Shown here: positions 29,801-42,694 of the stretch, piece after piece | Layout: every line of letters begins with the position of its first letter | How positions within the stretch are numbered: the stretch's first letter is position 1 | Origin: an uncultured delta proteobacterium | GTDB lineage: Bacteria; Myxococcota_A; UBA9160; SMWR01 | Direction of reading: 5' to 3' | Length of the DNA stretch: 64,000 bases | Assembly: GCA_963832165.1 (NCBI GenBank) | Contig: CAWHTE010000002.1 | Location: 128,001-192,000 of the forward strand | Notes under the pieces: generated by a model | What the model saw: the letters and a program-made list of their open reading frames with translations, nothing else | Told to the model about the DNA's origin: nothing | Database searches by the model: none | Position numbers and translations under genes: made by a program

Positions 29801-31355
29801 CGAGAGGCTCGCGCGTGCGCCCTCGAGGTCGCCGCTCGCCTGCTGCGCCTGCGCGAGCTCGCGCAGCGCACGCACGTCGGCGGCGTTGCCGCCCGTGATC
29901 GAGCACCTCGATCGCATCCGCGTTCGCACCCGTGAGTCGCAGCGCGCGCGCGAGCATGAGATTGCCGCGCGGGTCCGCCTGGATCTGCTGCGCGCTGCGC
30001 AAGAGCGGCACCGCTTCCGCCGCGCGGTCGGATTCCGTGAGCAGCGCGCCAAGCTCGACGAGCGCGGGGCCGTGCTGCGGCGCGAGCGAGACGGCCTCGC
30101 GCAGTGAGCGCTCCGCCCCGGTCGCGTCGCCGGACGCGCGCTGCGCGCGCCCGATCGCCACGATCAGCTCGGGCGTGCGCGCTCCCGAGGTGGCGGCCCT
30201 GCGGTAGGCGGCGAGTGCCTCGGCGGGGCGGCCCAGGCGCGATTCGAGATCGCCGAGCTGCGCAGCGCTGCGTGGGACGAGCGTGCCATCGAGCTCGGCC
30301 GCGCGCAGGTAGAGGCGGCGCGCGAGCTCGGGGTCGAGTCGCCGCGCCGCGCGCGTGCCCGCGTCGAGCGATGCGGCCGCGAGCGCGGCGGGCCGATCGG
30401 TCTCGATCTCGATCAGGAGATCCGCCGGCGCCGGATCGTCAGAGCTCCGCTCTGCCGCGCGCAGCGCCGCGGCGCGCGCCGCAGCGCGGTCGCCACGAGC
30501 GAGCTGCGCGCGCGCGATCGCGATCTGGATGTCGGCGGAGTTCGGCTCCGCTGCCGAGGCATAACGCAGCGCGAGCTCCGGGCTGCCGAGTGCGAGCTGA
30601 ACCTCGGCGGCCGCGAGCAGCACCGAGGGATCCGAACCGCGCGCGGCGAGTGCGCGCTGCGCGTCGGAGGCGATCAGCGTCCACGCCGTCGAGGCGTCGC
30701 CGCTGGCCGCGAGCACGCGGGCGCGCTCGGGCGCGGGATCGCCCACGCGGCGCGCGCGCGCGGTGAGCGCCTCGCGCTCCCGCATCGCCACGGGCGTCAG
30801 CTTGCCCTGCACCGCGCGCCAGGCGCCGTAGAGTCGGCCCTGTGCCGCGAGCTCGATCGAGCGCGTCGTGCTCGCGAGCTCGTTCACGCCGGGCGACGAG
30901 GAAGTGTCTGCGGAGACGCCGAGCGCGGTCGCGACTCCCGCAAGCGCGTCACTGCACGCGGTACCGAGCGCGTCGAGCGGCGCTTCGCCGCGGCTCGACG
31001 CGAGCAGATCCCCCGTTGCGGCTTCGTACAGGGAGAGCCGCACCTCGACGCGGCCATTCTCCTCGCGCAGCCGCGGGAGCAGCGCGAGCGCGGCTCCGCG
31101 CTGCGGCGCAGCGCCGAGCGCAGCCGGGCCGGCCGCGGTCAGCAGCACCACGTCGCGACCGGCGCCGCGCAGGGATTCCTCGAGCCAGCGGTCGAAGCCG
31201 CGCCCGACCGGCGCGAGGGCCGGATCGGTCTGCGCGGGCGCCAGCGCGAGCGGCTTTCCGGTCTGGGTGCCAGCCGTCGCGGCAAAGGCGAGCAGGAGAC
31301 AGGCAACCAATACGGACAGGCGCGCGCGCTGGAACAGGACGACGGCGGGATTCAT
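26870..31355 (-). CDS. Transmembrane Ser/Thr protein kinase with extracytoplasmic TPRs, frameshifted near 29899
   Basis: Signal peptide and TPRs (ORF 29394..31355) join ORF 26870..30052, which has a TM (AFAAYVLFALFVLFP) and kinase motifs GRGGMGVVY, VALK, HRDIKTAN, DFG and GTPYYMAPE. Confidence 0.85.
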
Positions 31356-31366
31356 GCCCCCGGTGG

Positions 31367-31392
31367 ATCGGCCTCCGCGGGGCGATCGTTGA
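31367..31392 (-). promoter_or_regulatory. Putative sigma28-like promoter
   Basis: TCAAC-N15-GCCGAT, 11 nt before ATG 31355. Confidence 0.45.
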
Positions 31393-31439
31393 GCGCGAAT
31401 CCGCAGCCGCAGCGAGCGGCTCGGGCCCCCGGGGGTCGG

Positions 31440-33067
31440 CTACCGACCGCGGTGCTCGCGGTAGCGCCGGATCCAGGCGTTGGTCGAGCTGTCATGGGCC
31501 GGGGCGCCCGCGCCCTCGAGCTCCACGGCGATCTTCTGGGCGAGCACTTTGCCGAGCTCGACCCCCCACTGGTCGAACGAGTTCACGTCCCAGATCGCGC
31601 CCTGCGCGAACACCTTGTGCTCGTAGAGTGCGATCAGCGCGCCGAGCGTGGCCGGCTCGAGCCGCTGCGCGACCAGCGTGTTGCTGGGTCGGTCGCCCGG
31701 GAAGGTGCGGTGCGGCACCAGCGCCGCGGACACGCGCTGCGCCACCACCTCTTCCGCGCTGCGCCCGAACGCGAGCGCTTCGGTCTGCGCGAACAGGTTC
31801 GCGAGCAGCTGCACGTGCTGATCGCCGCGCGGATGCCCACCCGATGTTGCCTCTAGAAACCCGATGAAGTCGCAGGGCACGAGCGCTGTGCCCTGGTGCA
31901 GCAGCTGATAGAAGGCGTGCTGTCCGTTCGTGCCCGCCGAGCCCCAGACGATCGGGCCGGTCGGGCGCGGCGCAGGTCTGCCGTCGTGCAGCACGCGCTT
32001 GCCGTTGCTCTCCATGTCGAGCTGCTGGAGGTGATTGGGGAGCAGCTCGAGGTACTGGCTGTAGGGGAGCACGGCCGTCGTCTCGGCACCGAGCAGATCG
32101 CGGTACCAGATGCCGAGCAGCGCGAGCAGCACGGGGAGGTTCCGCTCGAACGGCGCGCTGCGGAAGTGCTCGTCCATCGCGCGTGCGCCTTCGAGCAGCG
32201 CGCGGAAGCCCTCGGCGCCGACCGCGAGCGCGATCGAGAGCCCGACCGAAGACCACAGCGAATAGCGTCCGCCCACCCAGTCCCAGAAGCCGAACATGTT
32301 CTCGGGCGCGATCCCGAACTTCGCGACCTCCTGTGCGTTGGTGGACACCGCGACGAAATGGCGCGCCACCGCGGCGTCCGCGCCGAGTGCCGACACGCAC
32401 CAGCGCCGCGCCGCGTGCGCGTTCGCGAGCGTCTCGAGCGTGGTGAACGTCTTCGAACAGACGATGAACAGCGTCTCGGCCGGGTCGAGATCGCGCGTGA
32501 CTTCGGCGAAGTCCGCGGGATCCACGTTGGCGACGAAGCGCACGTCGAGCGCGCGCGGGCTCGTGCCGCGCAGCGCGTGCGCGACCATGCGCGGGCCGAG
32601 GTCGGAGCCGCCGATGCCGAGGTTCACGACCGACCGGATGCGCCGCCCCGTGTACCCCGTCCACTTCCCGTCTCGCGCCGCGTCCGCGAAGGCGGTGAAG
32701 CGGTCGAGCACTTCGTGTACGTCGAGCGTCACGTCGCGCCCGTCGACGCGCACGTCCGCGCCGCGCGGAGCGCGCAGCGCGGTGTGCAGAACGGCCCGGT
32801 CCTCGGTGCTGTTGATCCGCTCGCCGCGGAACATCGCAGCGATGCGATCGGCGAGGCCGCGCGCGCGCCCGAGCTCGAACAGGTGCGCGAGCGTGGCGTC
32901 CGTGATCAGGTTCTTCGAGTAGTCGAGCGTCCAGCCGGCCGCGTCGGCTACGAAGCGATCGCCGCGCTCGGGGTCGGCCGCGAAGGCGTCGCGCAGGTGG
33001 AAGTCGCCGAGCTCGCGGCGGTGCGCCTCCAGCGCGCGCCACGCGCTCTCGGTGTCGCGCACAGCCG

Positions 33068-33071
<4 letters not shown>
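31440..33071 (-). CDS. pgi: Glucose-6-phosphate isomerase
   Basis: [33 protein letters not shown] and [10 protein letters not shown] motifs; GTG start overlaps the uvrA stop. Confidence 0.95.
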
Positions 33072-35929
<2,858 letters not shown>

Positions 35930-35971
35930 GGGGGAGGCGAGGATACCCGGCGGCGCAAGGGGATGCCGGCG

Positions 35972-36598
35972 CTAGCGCGAGCCCTCCCGCTCGATCGTCC
36001 ACTGCAGCGCGTCGGCGGCGCGCGCGTCGCGCGGGCGGCCGCGCTTGCGCAGCTCGGCGACGACGTTGGCGCGCTTCTCGGGGCCGCGGTTCTGTCCGAT
36101 CTTCCACTTCACCTTGCGCCCCTCGATCGCGAGCCGGATCGCCGCGATCACCCCGAACGCGCCGCGGTAGATCGGCTCCTCCGGCGTCACCGCGCGGAAG
36201 CCGCCCTCGGGCTGGTAGCGCGCGAGCAGCCGGGTCTGTTGCTCGGCGAGCACGGCCGGGTCGCGCGAGATCGTCGCGACCGCGCACTCGAACAGCACGG
36301 TTCGGTGATAGGCGGTGGCCGCCACCGCGCTCTCGGGATCGACCCAGTACGACGGAACCGTCGCGAGGATCTCGTCGACTGCGAACGCACAGCGCGGGCG
36401 CGCCTGGAGGTGCGCGAGCTGATCGTCTGCGTGGTGCAGGTGGATCTCGATCGCGCGGCCGTCGTACGCGAACGGATACAGCCCGAGATGCGGGAGGCCG
36501 TCGTCGGCGACCGTGAGCAGGCGGCCCATCTCCTGCTCGCGCACGAAGGCATCGATCCGCTCTTCGGGGACGTCCGAGTAGTAGTCGTAGTGGATCAT
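35972..36598 (-). CDS. FMN-binding split-barrel protein (PaiB-like)
   Basis: GRLLTV...PSYW...YHRTV...KWKIGQNR pattern. Confidence 0.7.
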   Translation of the reverse strand: MIHYDYYSDVPEERIDAFVREQEMGRLLTVADDGLPHLGLYPFAYDGRAIEIHLHHADDQLAHLQARPRCAFAVDEILATVPSYWVDPESAVAATAYHRTVLFECAVATISRDPAVLAEQQTRLLARYQPEGGFRAVTPEEPIYRGAFGVIAAIRLAIEGRKVKWKIGQNRGPEKRANVVAELRKRGRPRDARAADALQWTIEREGSR

Positions 36599-36713
36599 CG
36601 GGGCTCCGCTCGACGTCTTTCGACGGCTTCAGACGAGTTTCGACGGAATCTGGTCAGGATCCGACGCGGTTGGCGCTGGATTCGACTGCCGATGCTCCCG
36701 CATCTCGGGCGCC

Positions 36714-37035
36714 GTGACCACGAAGTGGAAGAGGCGCGGTACATCGATCGCGGCGACCGCCTGGATCGCGGTGTGCGCGCTACCTCCATGTCGCGTGGCC
36801 GAGCCTCGCCGCGCTGCTCGAGACGCTCCCCATGCCGCCGGCGATGCAGTGGCTGCCCGGCGTTCCCCGGAGCGCCTTCCTCGCGCTGGGCGCGCTCGCG
36901 TTGCTCGGGCTCACGATCAAGGACCGATGGCTGCGCGCGCCGCTGGCGCTCGTCGTCGACGCCGTGATCGGAGCCCCCGCGTTCGCGGTGATCGCGTTCC
37001 TGCTCCAACCGTTCCTGATTCCCGTAGATTGGTAG
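36714..37035 (+). CDS. Small membrane protein, probably frameshifted near 36780
   Basis: MTTKWKRRGTSIAATAWIAVCA switches frame into YLHVAWPSLAALLETLPMPPAMQW...FLLQPFLIPVDW; several hydrophobic helices. Confidence 0.45.
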
Positions 37036-37130
37036 GGCGGGAGGAGCCGAAGGCGGATCCCGCCTTTGGCGTTGCGGGGAGAGCTTCTGGCGGCGGGATC
37101 CGCTCGCTTCGCTCGCTACTCCCGCCCTAC
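37032..37130. repeat. GTAG-type REP-like inverted doublet
   Basis: GTAGGGCGGGA...GGATCCCGCC (37032-37064) and an inverted copy GGCGGGATCC...TCCCGCCCTAC (37092-37130); each is itself a hairpin. Confidence 0.8.
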
Positions 37131-38947
37131 GGCAGCGCGATCGCGTAGGCGATGGCGAAGCGCGGCGATGCGGCGGCTTCGTGCGGGCCGCCGGCGGGAT
37201 CGACCGTGGCCGCGAGCACGCGGCCGTGCTCCCAGGGTCCTTTGCGCTCGAGGCGGTGGCCGCGCGCTTCGAGCGCGCGCAGCACCGCGGGGTCGAAGCG
37301 CGACTCGACCGAGACGACGCCCGGGCGCGCGTGGCGCGGGTAGAACGAGCTCGGCATGTGCTCGCTGTGCGCGGTGGGCGCGTCGATCGCGGCCTGCAGG
37401 TCGCGCTCGCCACGCGCCGCGAGCCGCAGGAAGAACTGCGAGGTCCACTGGTCCTGCTGATCGCCGCCGGGCGTGCCGAACGCGAGCCAGCGGCCATCGG
37501 CGAGCTGCGCGAGCGAGGGCGAGAGCGTGGTGCGCGGTCGTTTCCCGGGCGCGAGCGCGTTCGGGTGATCGGGGTCGAGCGACGCCATCTGAAGCCGTGT
37601 CCCGAGCGGGAAGCCGAGCTCGGGTACGACCGGCGAGGTCATGATCCAGCCGCCGCTCGGTGTCGCCGACACCGCATTGCCCTCGGCATCGACGGCTACA
37701 CACTGCGTGGTGTCGGTCCGGCCGCCCTTCCGATGGCCTCCGCTCTCCGGCTCGCTGCGCGAAGCCTGCGCGGCGAGTGCTCCGGGCTCGGCCGGCACCA
37801 GCGCGGAATCCGCTTCGAAGACGATCGGCCAGCCCGCGGGCAGCCGCCCGAGTCCGGGCCGCAGCTCGAACGAGGCTTTCTCCGGGTCGACGAGCGCGCG
37901 GCGCTGTGCGGCGTAGTCGCGCGAGAGCAGCGTCTCGATCGGCACGTCCGCGAAGCGCGGATCGCCGTAGCACGCGTCGCGGTCGGCGAACGCAAGCTTG
38001 GCGGTCTCGAGCCAGAGGTGGAGCGCGTCGGCTCCGCCCGGATCGAGCGCGCCGAGGTCGAAGCCCTCGAGCAGACGAAGCTGCTGCAGGAACACCGGCC
38101 CCTGACCCCACGGGCCCGTCTTCCACACGCGCGCGCCGCGGTAGTCGACCGAGAGCGGATCCTCGGTCGCGCCCGCATAGCCCGCGAGGTCGGCTGCGCA
38201 GATCAAGCCCGCGTGCTTCTCGCCGCTCGCGTCGCGCACGGGCTTGCGCGCGAAGCGGTCGATCGCCTCCGCGCCGGCGCCGCGGTAGAACGCATCGCGC
38301 GCGGCGCGGATTCCCGCCTCGCGCGTTCCGCCCGCGGCGCGCTCCGCTTCGCATAGCGACGCGATCCAGTGCGCGAGCGGCGGGTTGGTCTGGCGCTCGC
38401 CGACCGCGCGCACAGGCAGATAGATCGCAGCGCTCGTGGGCCAGGAGCGCTCGAAGTGCGGTGCGATCAGGTCGATCAGGTCGCGCAGGAACGGGTACAT
38501 CGGGAACCCGCGCTCGGCGAGCGCGCGCGCGGGCGCGATCACGTCGGCGAGCCGGCGCGTGCCGAACTCCTCGAGCAGGCGGCACCACGCGTCGAGCGCC
38601 GCGGGCACGCAGGCCGAGACGAATCCATCGGGCGGCAGGAGGTCGAAGCCCTCCGTGCGCACGCGCTCGATCGTCGCTGCAGCGGGCGCCGGGCCCTGGC
38701 CCGAGATCGCGAACACACGATCGCGTCGCGAATCGCGCACGAGGATCGGCACTTCGCCGCCGGGGCCGTTCTGGGTCGGCTCGAGCACCCAGAGCGCGAA
38801 GCCCATGGCACATGCCGCATCGGCGGCGTTGCCGCCATTCGCGAGCTGTTCCGCGCCGATCTGCGCCGCGAGGTGGTGACCCGCGGCAACGGCACCGCCG
38901 AAACCGCGGACGGTGGGTCGCGTGGTGGTCACGCGGGCAGTATGCAT
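37127..38947 (-). CDS. ggt: Gamma-glutamyltransferase family protein
   Basis: GGNAADAA, KLAFADRD, DTTQCVAVDAEGN (Ntn Thr), PGKRPRTTLSP and GTPGGDQQ motifs. Confidence 0.9.
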   Translation of the reverse strand: MHTARVTTTRPTVRGFGGAVAAGHHLAAQIGAEQLANGGNAADAACAMGFALWVLEPTQNGPGGEVPILVRDSRRDRVFAISGQGPAPAAATIERVRTEGFDLLPPDGFVSACVPAALDAWCRLLEEFGTRRLADVIAPARALAERGFPMYPFLRDLIDLIAPHFERSWPTSAAIYLPVRAVGERQTNPPLAHWIASLCEAERAAGGTREAGIRAARDAFYRGAGAEAIDRFARKPVRDASGEKHAGLICAADLAGYAGATEDPLSVDYRGARVWKTGPWGQGPVFLQQLRLLEGFDLGALDPGGADALHLWLETAKLAFADRDACYGDPRFADVPIETLLSRDYAAQRRALVDPEKASFELRPGLGRLPAGWPIVFEADSALVPAEPGALAAQASRSEPESGGHRKGGRTDTTQCVAVDAEGNAVSATPSGGWIMTSPVVPELGFPLGTRLQMASLDPDHPNALAPGKRPRTTLSPSLAQLADGRWLAFGTPGGDQQDQWTSQFFLRLAARGERDLQAAIDAPTAHSEHMPSSFYPRHARPGVVSVESRFDPAVLRALEARGHRLERKGPWEHGRVLAATVDPAGGPHEAAASPRFAIAYAIALP

Positions 38948-39006
38948 CGGTTCGGCGCGCTCGGGGGTATGATCCCGGCCGCCAGTCGTTCAAGGAGATT
39001 CCCCCG

Positions 39007-39931
39007 ATGGCGCTCGACCCCCAGGCGAAAGCCCTGCTCGACACGATGCCCCCGATGCCCGACTTCTCGACACTCGACCTCGCGCTGATCCGCGCGGGCA
39101 TGGCGCAGGCCGTTGCTCGGCGTCGGCGAGCCCGAGCCTGTGGCGAAGGTCGAGAACCGAACGATCCCGGGCCCGGGCGGAGACATGCCGGTGCGCGTGT
39201 ACACGCCGCAGGGTGAGGGGCCGTTTCCGGGGCTCGTCTACTTCCACGGCGGCGGCTTCGTGTTGTGCAACCTCGACACGCACGACGGCATCTGCCGCAG
39301 CCTCGCCAACGCCGCGGGCTGCGTCGTGGTGTCGATCGACTATCGCCTCGCGCCGGAGCATCCGTATCCCGCCGCGCCGGAAGACTGCTATGCGGCGACC
39401 CAATGGGTGGCGAAGAACGGCGCCGAGCTCGACATCGACGTCTCGCGCCTCGCGATCGGCGGAGACAGCGCCGGCGGAAACCTCACGGCGGTGACCGCGC
39501 TGATGGCGCGCGACCGCGGCGGTCCGACGCTGCGCTTCCAGCTGCTCGTCTATCCCGTGACCGATTGCGCGTTCGACACCGCGTCCTACCGCGAGAACGC
39601 CGAGGGCTACTTCCTGACGATCGGCATGATGCGCTGGTTCTGGCAGAAGTATCTCACCGATCCCGCGCAGGCTCGCGACGGCTACGCGTCGCCGCTGCGC
39701 GCGGCGGACCTCGCGAACCTTCCGCCGGGTCTGTGCATCACCGCGGGCTACGACCCGCTGCGCGACGAAGGCGAGGCCTACGCCGAGCGGCTGCGCAAGG
39801 CGGGCATCGACATCCGCACGTCGCGCTATGCGGGCATGTTCCACGGCTTCTTCGGCATGGGCGGCCAGATCGACAAGGCGCGCGAGGCCATCGCGGAGGC
39901 GGCCGCCGCGCTGCGCGCCGCGTTGGCCTAG
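39007..39931 (+). CDS. Alpha/beta hydrolase (HSL-family esterase), frameshifted near 39110
   Basis: MALDPQAKALL N-terminus joins ORF 39113..39931 with HGGGF, YRLAPEH, GDSAGG, DPLRDEG and HGF. Confidence 0.88.
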
Positions 39932-39933
39932 CG

Positions 39934-40653
39934 ATGGCGACGGCGCTCACGCCCGAACAGAAACGCGAGCTGCTCGCGCGCGTGCCGCTGTTCCAGGGCT
40001 TTGCGCCGCGCGACCTCGACGCGCTGGTCCCCGCCGCGCGGCCGATCGCGGTGGCCGCGCGCGACGAGCTGTTCCACAAGGGCGACGTCGGTTCACAGCT
40101 CTACGTCGTGATCGAGGGCCGGCTCAAGGCGCTCACGACCTCGGCCGACGGCGACGATGTCGTGTTCAACGTGATGGGCCCCGGCGAATGGTTCGGCGAG
40201 ATCGCGCTGCTCTCCGAGAATCCGCGCAGCGCCACCGTGCGCGCGATCGAGCGCTGCGAGCTGCTCGTGCTGGACCGCCGCGACTTCATCGCGTTCCTGA
40301 AGCGCAGCCCCGACGTGGCGCTGCGCATGCTCACCGTGCTCGTCGAGCGGCTCGTGCGCATCTCCGAGTTCGTCGAAGACGTCCAGTTCCTGAACCTGCC
40401 GGTGCGGCTCGCCAAGAAGCTCATGCTGTTCGCCGGCCGCTACGGCTGCAAGGCCAAGGACGGCAGTGTGAAGATCGACCTCAAGCTCTCGCAGGAGGAA
40501 TGGGGCGACCTGGTCGGCACCACGCGCGAGAGCATCAACAAGCAGATGCACATCTGGAGCGATGCAGGCCTGATCCGCATGGACTCGGGGTTCGTCACGC
40601 TCGTGCGGCCCGACGCGATCGAGCGCCTCGCGTCCGCCATGAGCCCCCCGTGA
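39934..40653 (+). CDS. Crp/Fnr family transcriptional regulator
   Basis: cNMP domain FGEIALLSENPRSATV; HTH SQEEWGDLVGTTRESINK. Confidence 0.93.
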   Translation: MATALTPEQKRELLARVPLFQGFAPRDLDALVPAARPIAVAARDELFHKGDVGSQLYVVIEGRLKALTTSADGDDVVFNVMGPGEWFGEIALLSENPRSATVRAIERCELLVLDRRDFIAFLKRSPDVALRMLTVLVERLVRISEFVEDVQFLNLPVRLAKKLMLFAGRYGCKAKDGSVKIDLKLSQEEWGDLVGTTRESINKQMHIWSDAGLIRMDSGFVTLVRPDAIERLASAMSPP

Positions 40654-41378
40654 AACGACGCATCGCCGTCGATGGCTGCCTCAATTTCCGCGATCTAGGC
40701 GGCTATCCGACCGCGGACGGCGGCGCGTTGCGCTGGCGACAGCTGTTTCGCGCCGACGGCCTGCACGCGCTGACCCCGGGCGGGGTCGCGACACTGCGCG
40801 ACGAGATCGGGCTCGGCGACATCATCGACCTGCGCTCGAGCGCGGAGCTCTCGCTCGACGGGCGCGGTCTGCTCGAGAGCGAGCCGATCCGCTTCCACCA
40901 CCTGCCGCTCTTCGACGGCGGCAGGGGAGACCGCACGCCGCCGTTCGGGGCGACCCTCGCGGACCTGTACTTCGGCATGGCCGACTTCGCGCGCGGGCCG
41001 ATCGCGAACGTGCTCACGGTGCTCGCGCGCACGAAGGATCCCGCGGTGTTCCACTGCGCAGCGGGCAAGGACCGCACGGGCGTGATCTCGGCGCTGCTGC
41101 TCTCGCTGCTCGGCGTGCGCGATGAGGTGATCGTGGCCGACTATGCCGCCACGCGCGAGGCGCTCGACGCGATCGTCGAGCGCCTGATGGCGAGCGAAGG
41201 CTACCAGGGGATGTTCGACGAGCTGCCCCCGGACACGCTGCACGCCAACCCCGAGACGATGGAGCGATTCCTCGCGCGTTTGCGGGATGAATTCGGCGGC
41301 GTGCCCGACTACGCGCGCGAGATCGGCGTGGACGCGTCGGACGTGGCGCGCCTGCGCGCGAGGATGGTCGAGCGTTGA
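40650..41378 (+). CDS. Protein tyrosine/lipid phosphatase (PtpB-like)
   Basis: NFRDLGGY, IIDLRS and HCAAGKDRTG motifs; GTGA overlap with the Crp gene. Confidence 0.92.
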   Translation: MKRRIAVDGCLNFRDLGGYPTADGGALRWRQLFRADGLHALTPGGVATLRDEIGLGDIIDLRSSAELSLDGRGLLESEPIRFHHLPLFDGGRGDRTPPFGATLADLYFGMADFARGPIANVLTVLARTKDPAVFHCAAGKDRTGVISALLLSLLGVRDEVIVADYAATREALDAIVERLMASEGYQGMFDELPPDTLHANPETMERFLARLRDEFGGVPDYAREIGVDASDVARLRARMVER

Positions 41379-42694
41379 CGAGCGTGGTGTTGCTCACGGG
41401 CGCGACCGGGTTCGTGGGCAAGGTCGTGCTCGAGGAGCTGCTGCGCCGACGCGAGTCGCTGGGAGTCGAGCGCGTGCTCGCGCTCGTGCGCGCGCGCGAT
41501 CCCGATCACGCGACCGCGCGCCTGCGCGCCGACGTCACCTCGTCGCCGTGTTTCGCGGCGCACCCGCGCGGCTGGGAGGCGCGCGTCGAGGCGCTGCCCG
41601 GAGACGTGACGCGGCCGGGGCTCGGGCTCGCGCCGCTCGCTCGCGCGCGCATCGCCGCGGACGTCACGCACGTGATCCATTGCGCGGCATCGGTCGAATT
41701 CACGCTGCCGCTCGCAGAGGCACTCGCCGTCAACACGCGGGGCGCGCTCCACGCGCTCGAGGTCGCGCGCTCGTGCGCGCGGCTCGAGTCGTACGTCGCT
41801 GTTTCCACCGCCTACGTCACTCCGCACCCCGATCCGTACGGCCGAAGCATCCACCGCGTGGAGGAGGTGCTCGCGCCGCTGCCGCGCGATCCCGAGACGC
41901 TGTTCGAAGCTCTGTGCGCGGGCAGGGAGGACGAGCGCCGCCTGCTCGCCGAGACGCGCCACCCCAATACCTACACGTTCACCAAGTGCCTGGCCGAGCA
42001 CCTGACCGTGCGGCGCGCGAGTGATCTGCCCATGACGATCGTGCGCCCGAGCATCGTCTCGGCGTCCCGCACCCATCCGAGGCCGGGTTGGATCGACAGC
42101 CCCGCGGCGTTCGCGGCGTTCGTCGCGATGATCGGTGCGGGCAAGCTCCGCGTGCTCGCGGGCGACCCGAGCACGCGGCTCGACGTCGTTCCGTGCGACG
42201 TCGTCGCAGAGCGGATCGTGGCGTCCGCGTTCGCGCCGCCGCCGCGCGGCGCGCCGCGGATCCAGCACGCGGTGGCCGGGCTCGCGAGCGCGCTTCCGAT
42301 CTCGATGTGCCGCGAGCGGATCGTCGATTGGTTCCGGAGCCACCCGGTCGGAGGCACGCCGCGTGTCGAGTACGTGGGTCGGCGCGGCCCTGCGCTGCGC
42401 GCGGCGTACGCGCTGCGCCACGAGCTGCCCGCGCGAGGCGCGGCGCTCTGGCTCGATCTGATCAAGGAACCCCAGCAGGCGCGCGCCATCCGCAAGCTGG
42501 CCCTGCGCCAGCGCGTGCTCAACGACGACTTCGCCTACTTCACCCATGCGACGCTCGACTTCATGAGCGCGGTACCGAGCGAGCCGCTGCAGCCCGAGCA
42601 CTATCTCGACACCGTGTGTGCGGGCGTCTCCCGCCACCTGATGACGCGCGAGGGCCGGCCGCGGCGTACCGCGGCCCACCTGAGCGCTAACTAA
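41375..42694 (+). CDS. Fatty acyl-CoA reductase-like extended SDR (NAD_binding_4)
   Basis: TGATGFVGK, HCAASVEF, VSTAYV, HPNTYTFTKCLAE, VRPSIV and PGWID motifs. Confidence 0.85.
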   Translation: MTSVVLLTGATGFVGKVVLEELLRRRESLGVERVLALVRARDPDHATARLRADVTSSPCFAAHPRGWEARVEALPGDVTRPGLGLAPLARARIAADVTHVIHCAASVEFTLPLAEALAVNTRGALHALEVARSCARLESYVAVSTAYVTPHPDPYGRSIHRVEEVLAPLPRDPETLFEALCAGREDERRLLAETRHPNTYTFTKCLAEHLTVRRASDLPMTIVRPSIVSASRTHPRPGWIDSPAAFAAFVAMIGAGKLRVLAGDPSTRLDVVPCDVVAERIVASAFAPPPRGAPRIQHAVAGLASALPISMCRERIVDWFRSHPVGGTPRVEYVGRRGPALRAAYALRHELPARGAALWLDLIKEPQQARAIRKLALRQRVLNDDFAYFTHATLDFMSAVPSEPLQPEHYLDTVCAGVSRHLMTREGRPRRTAAHLSAN

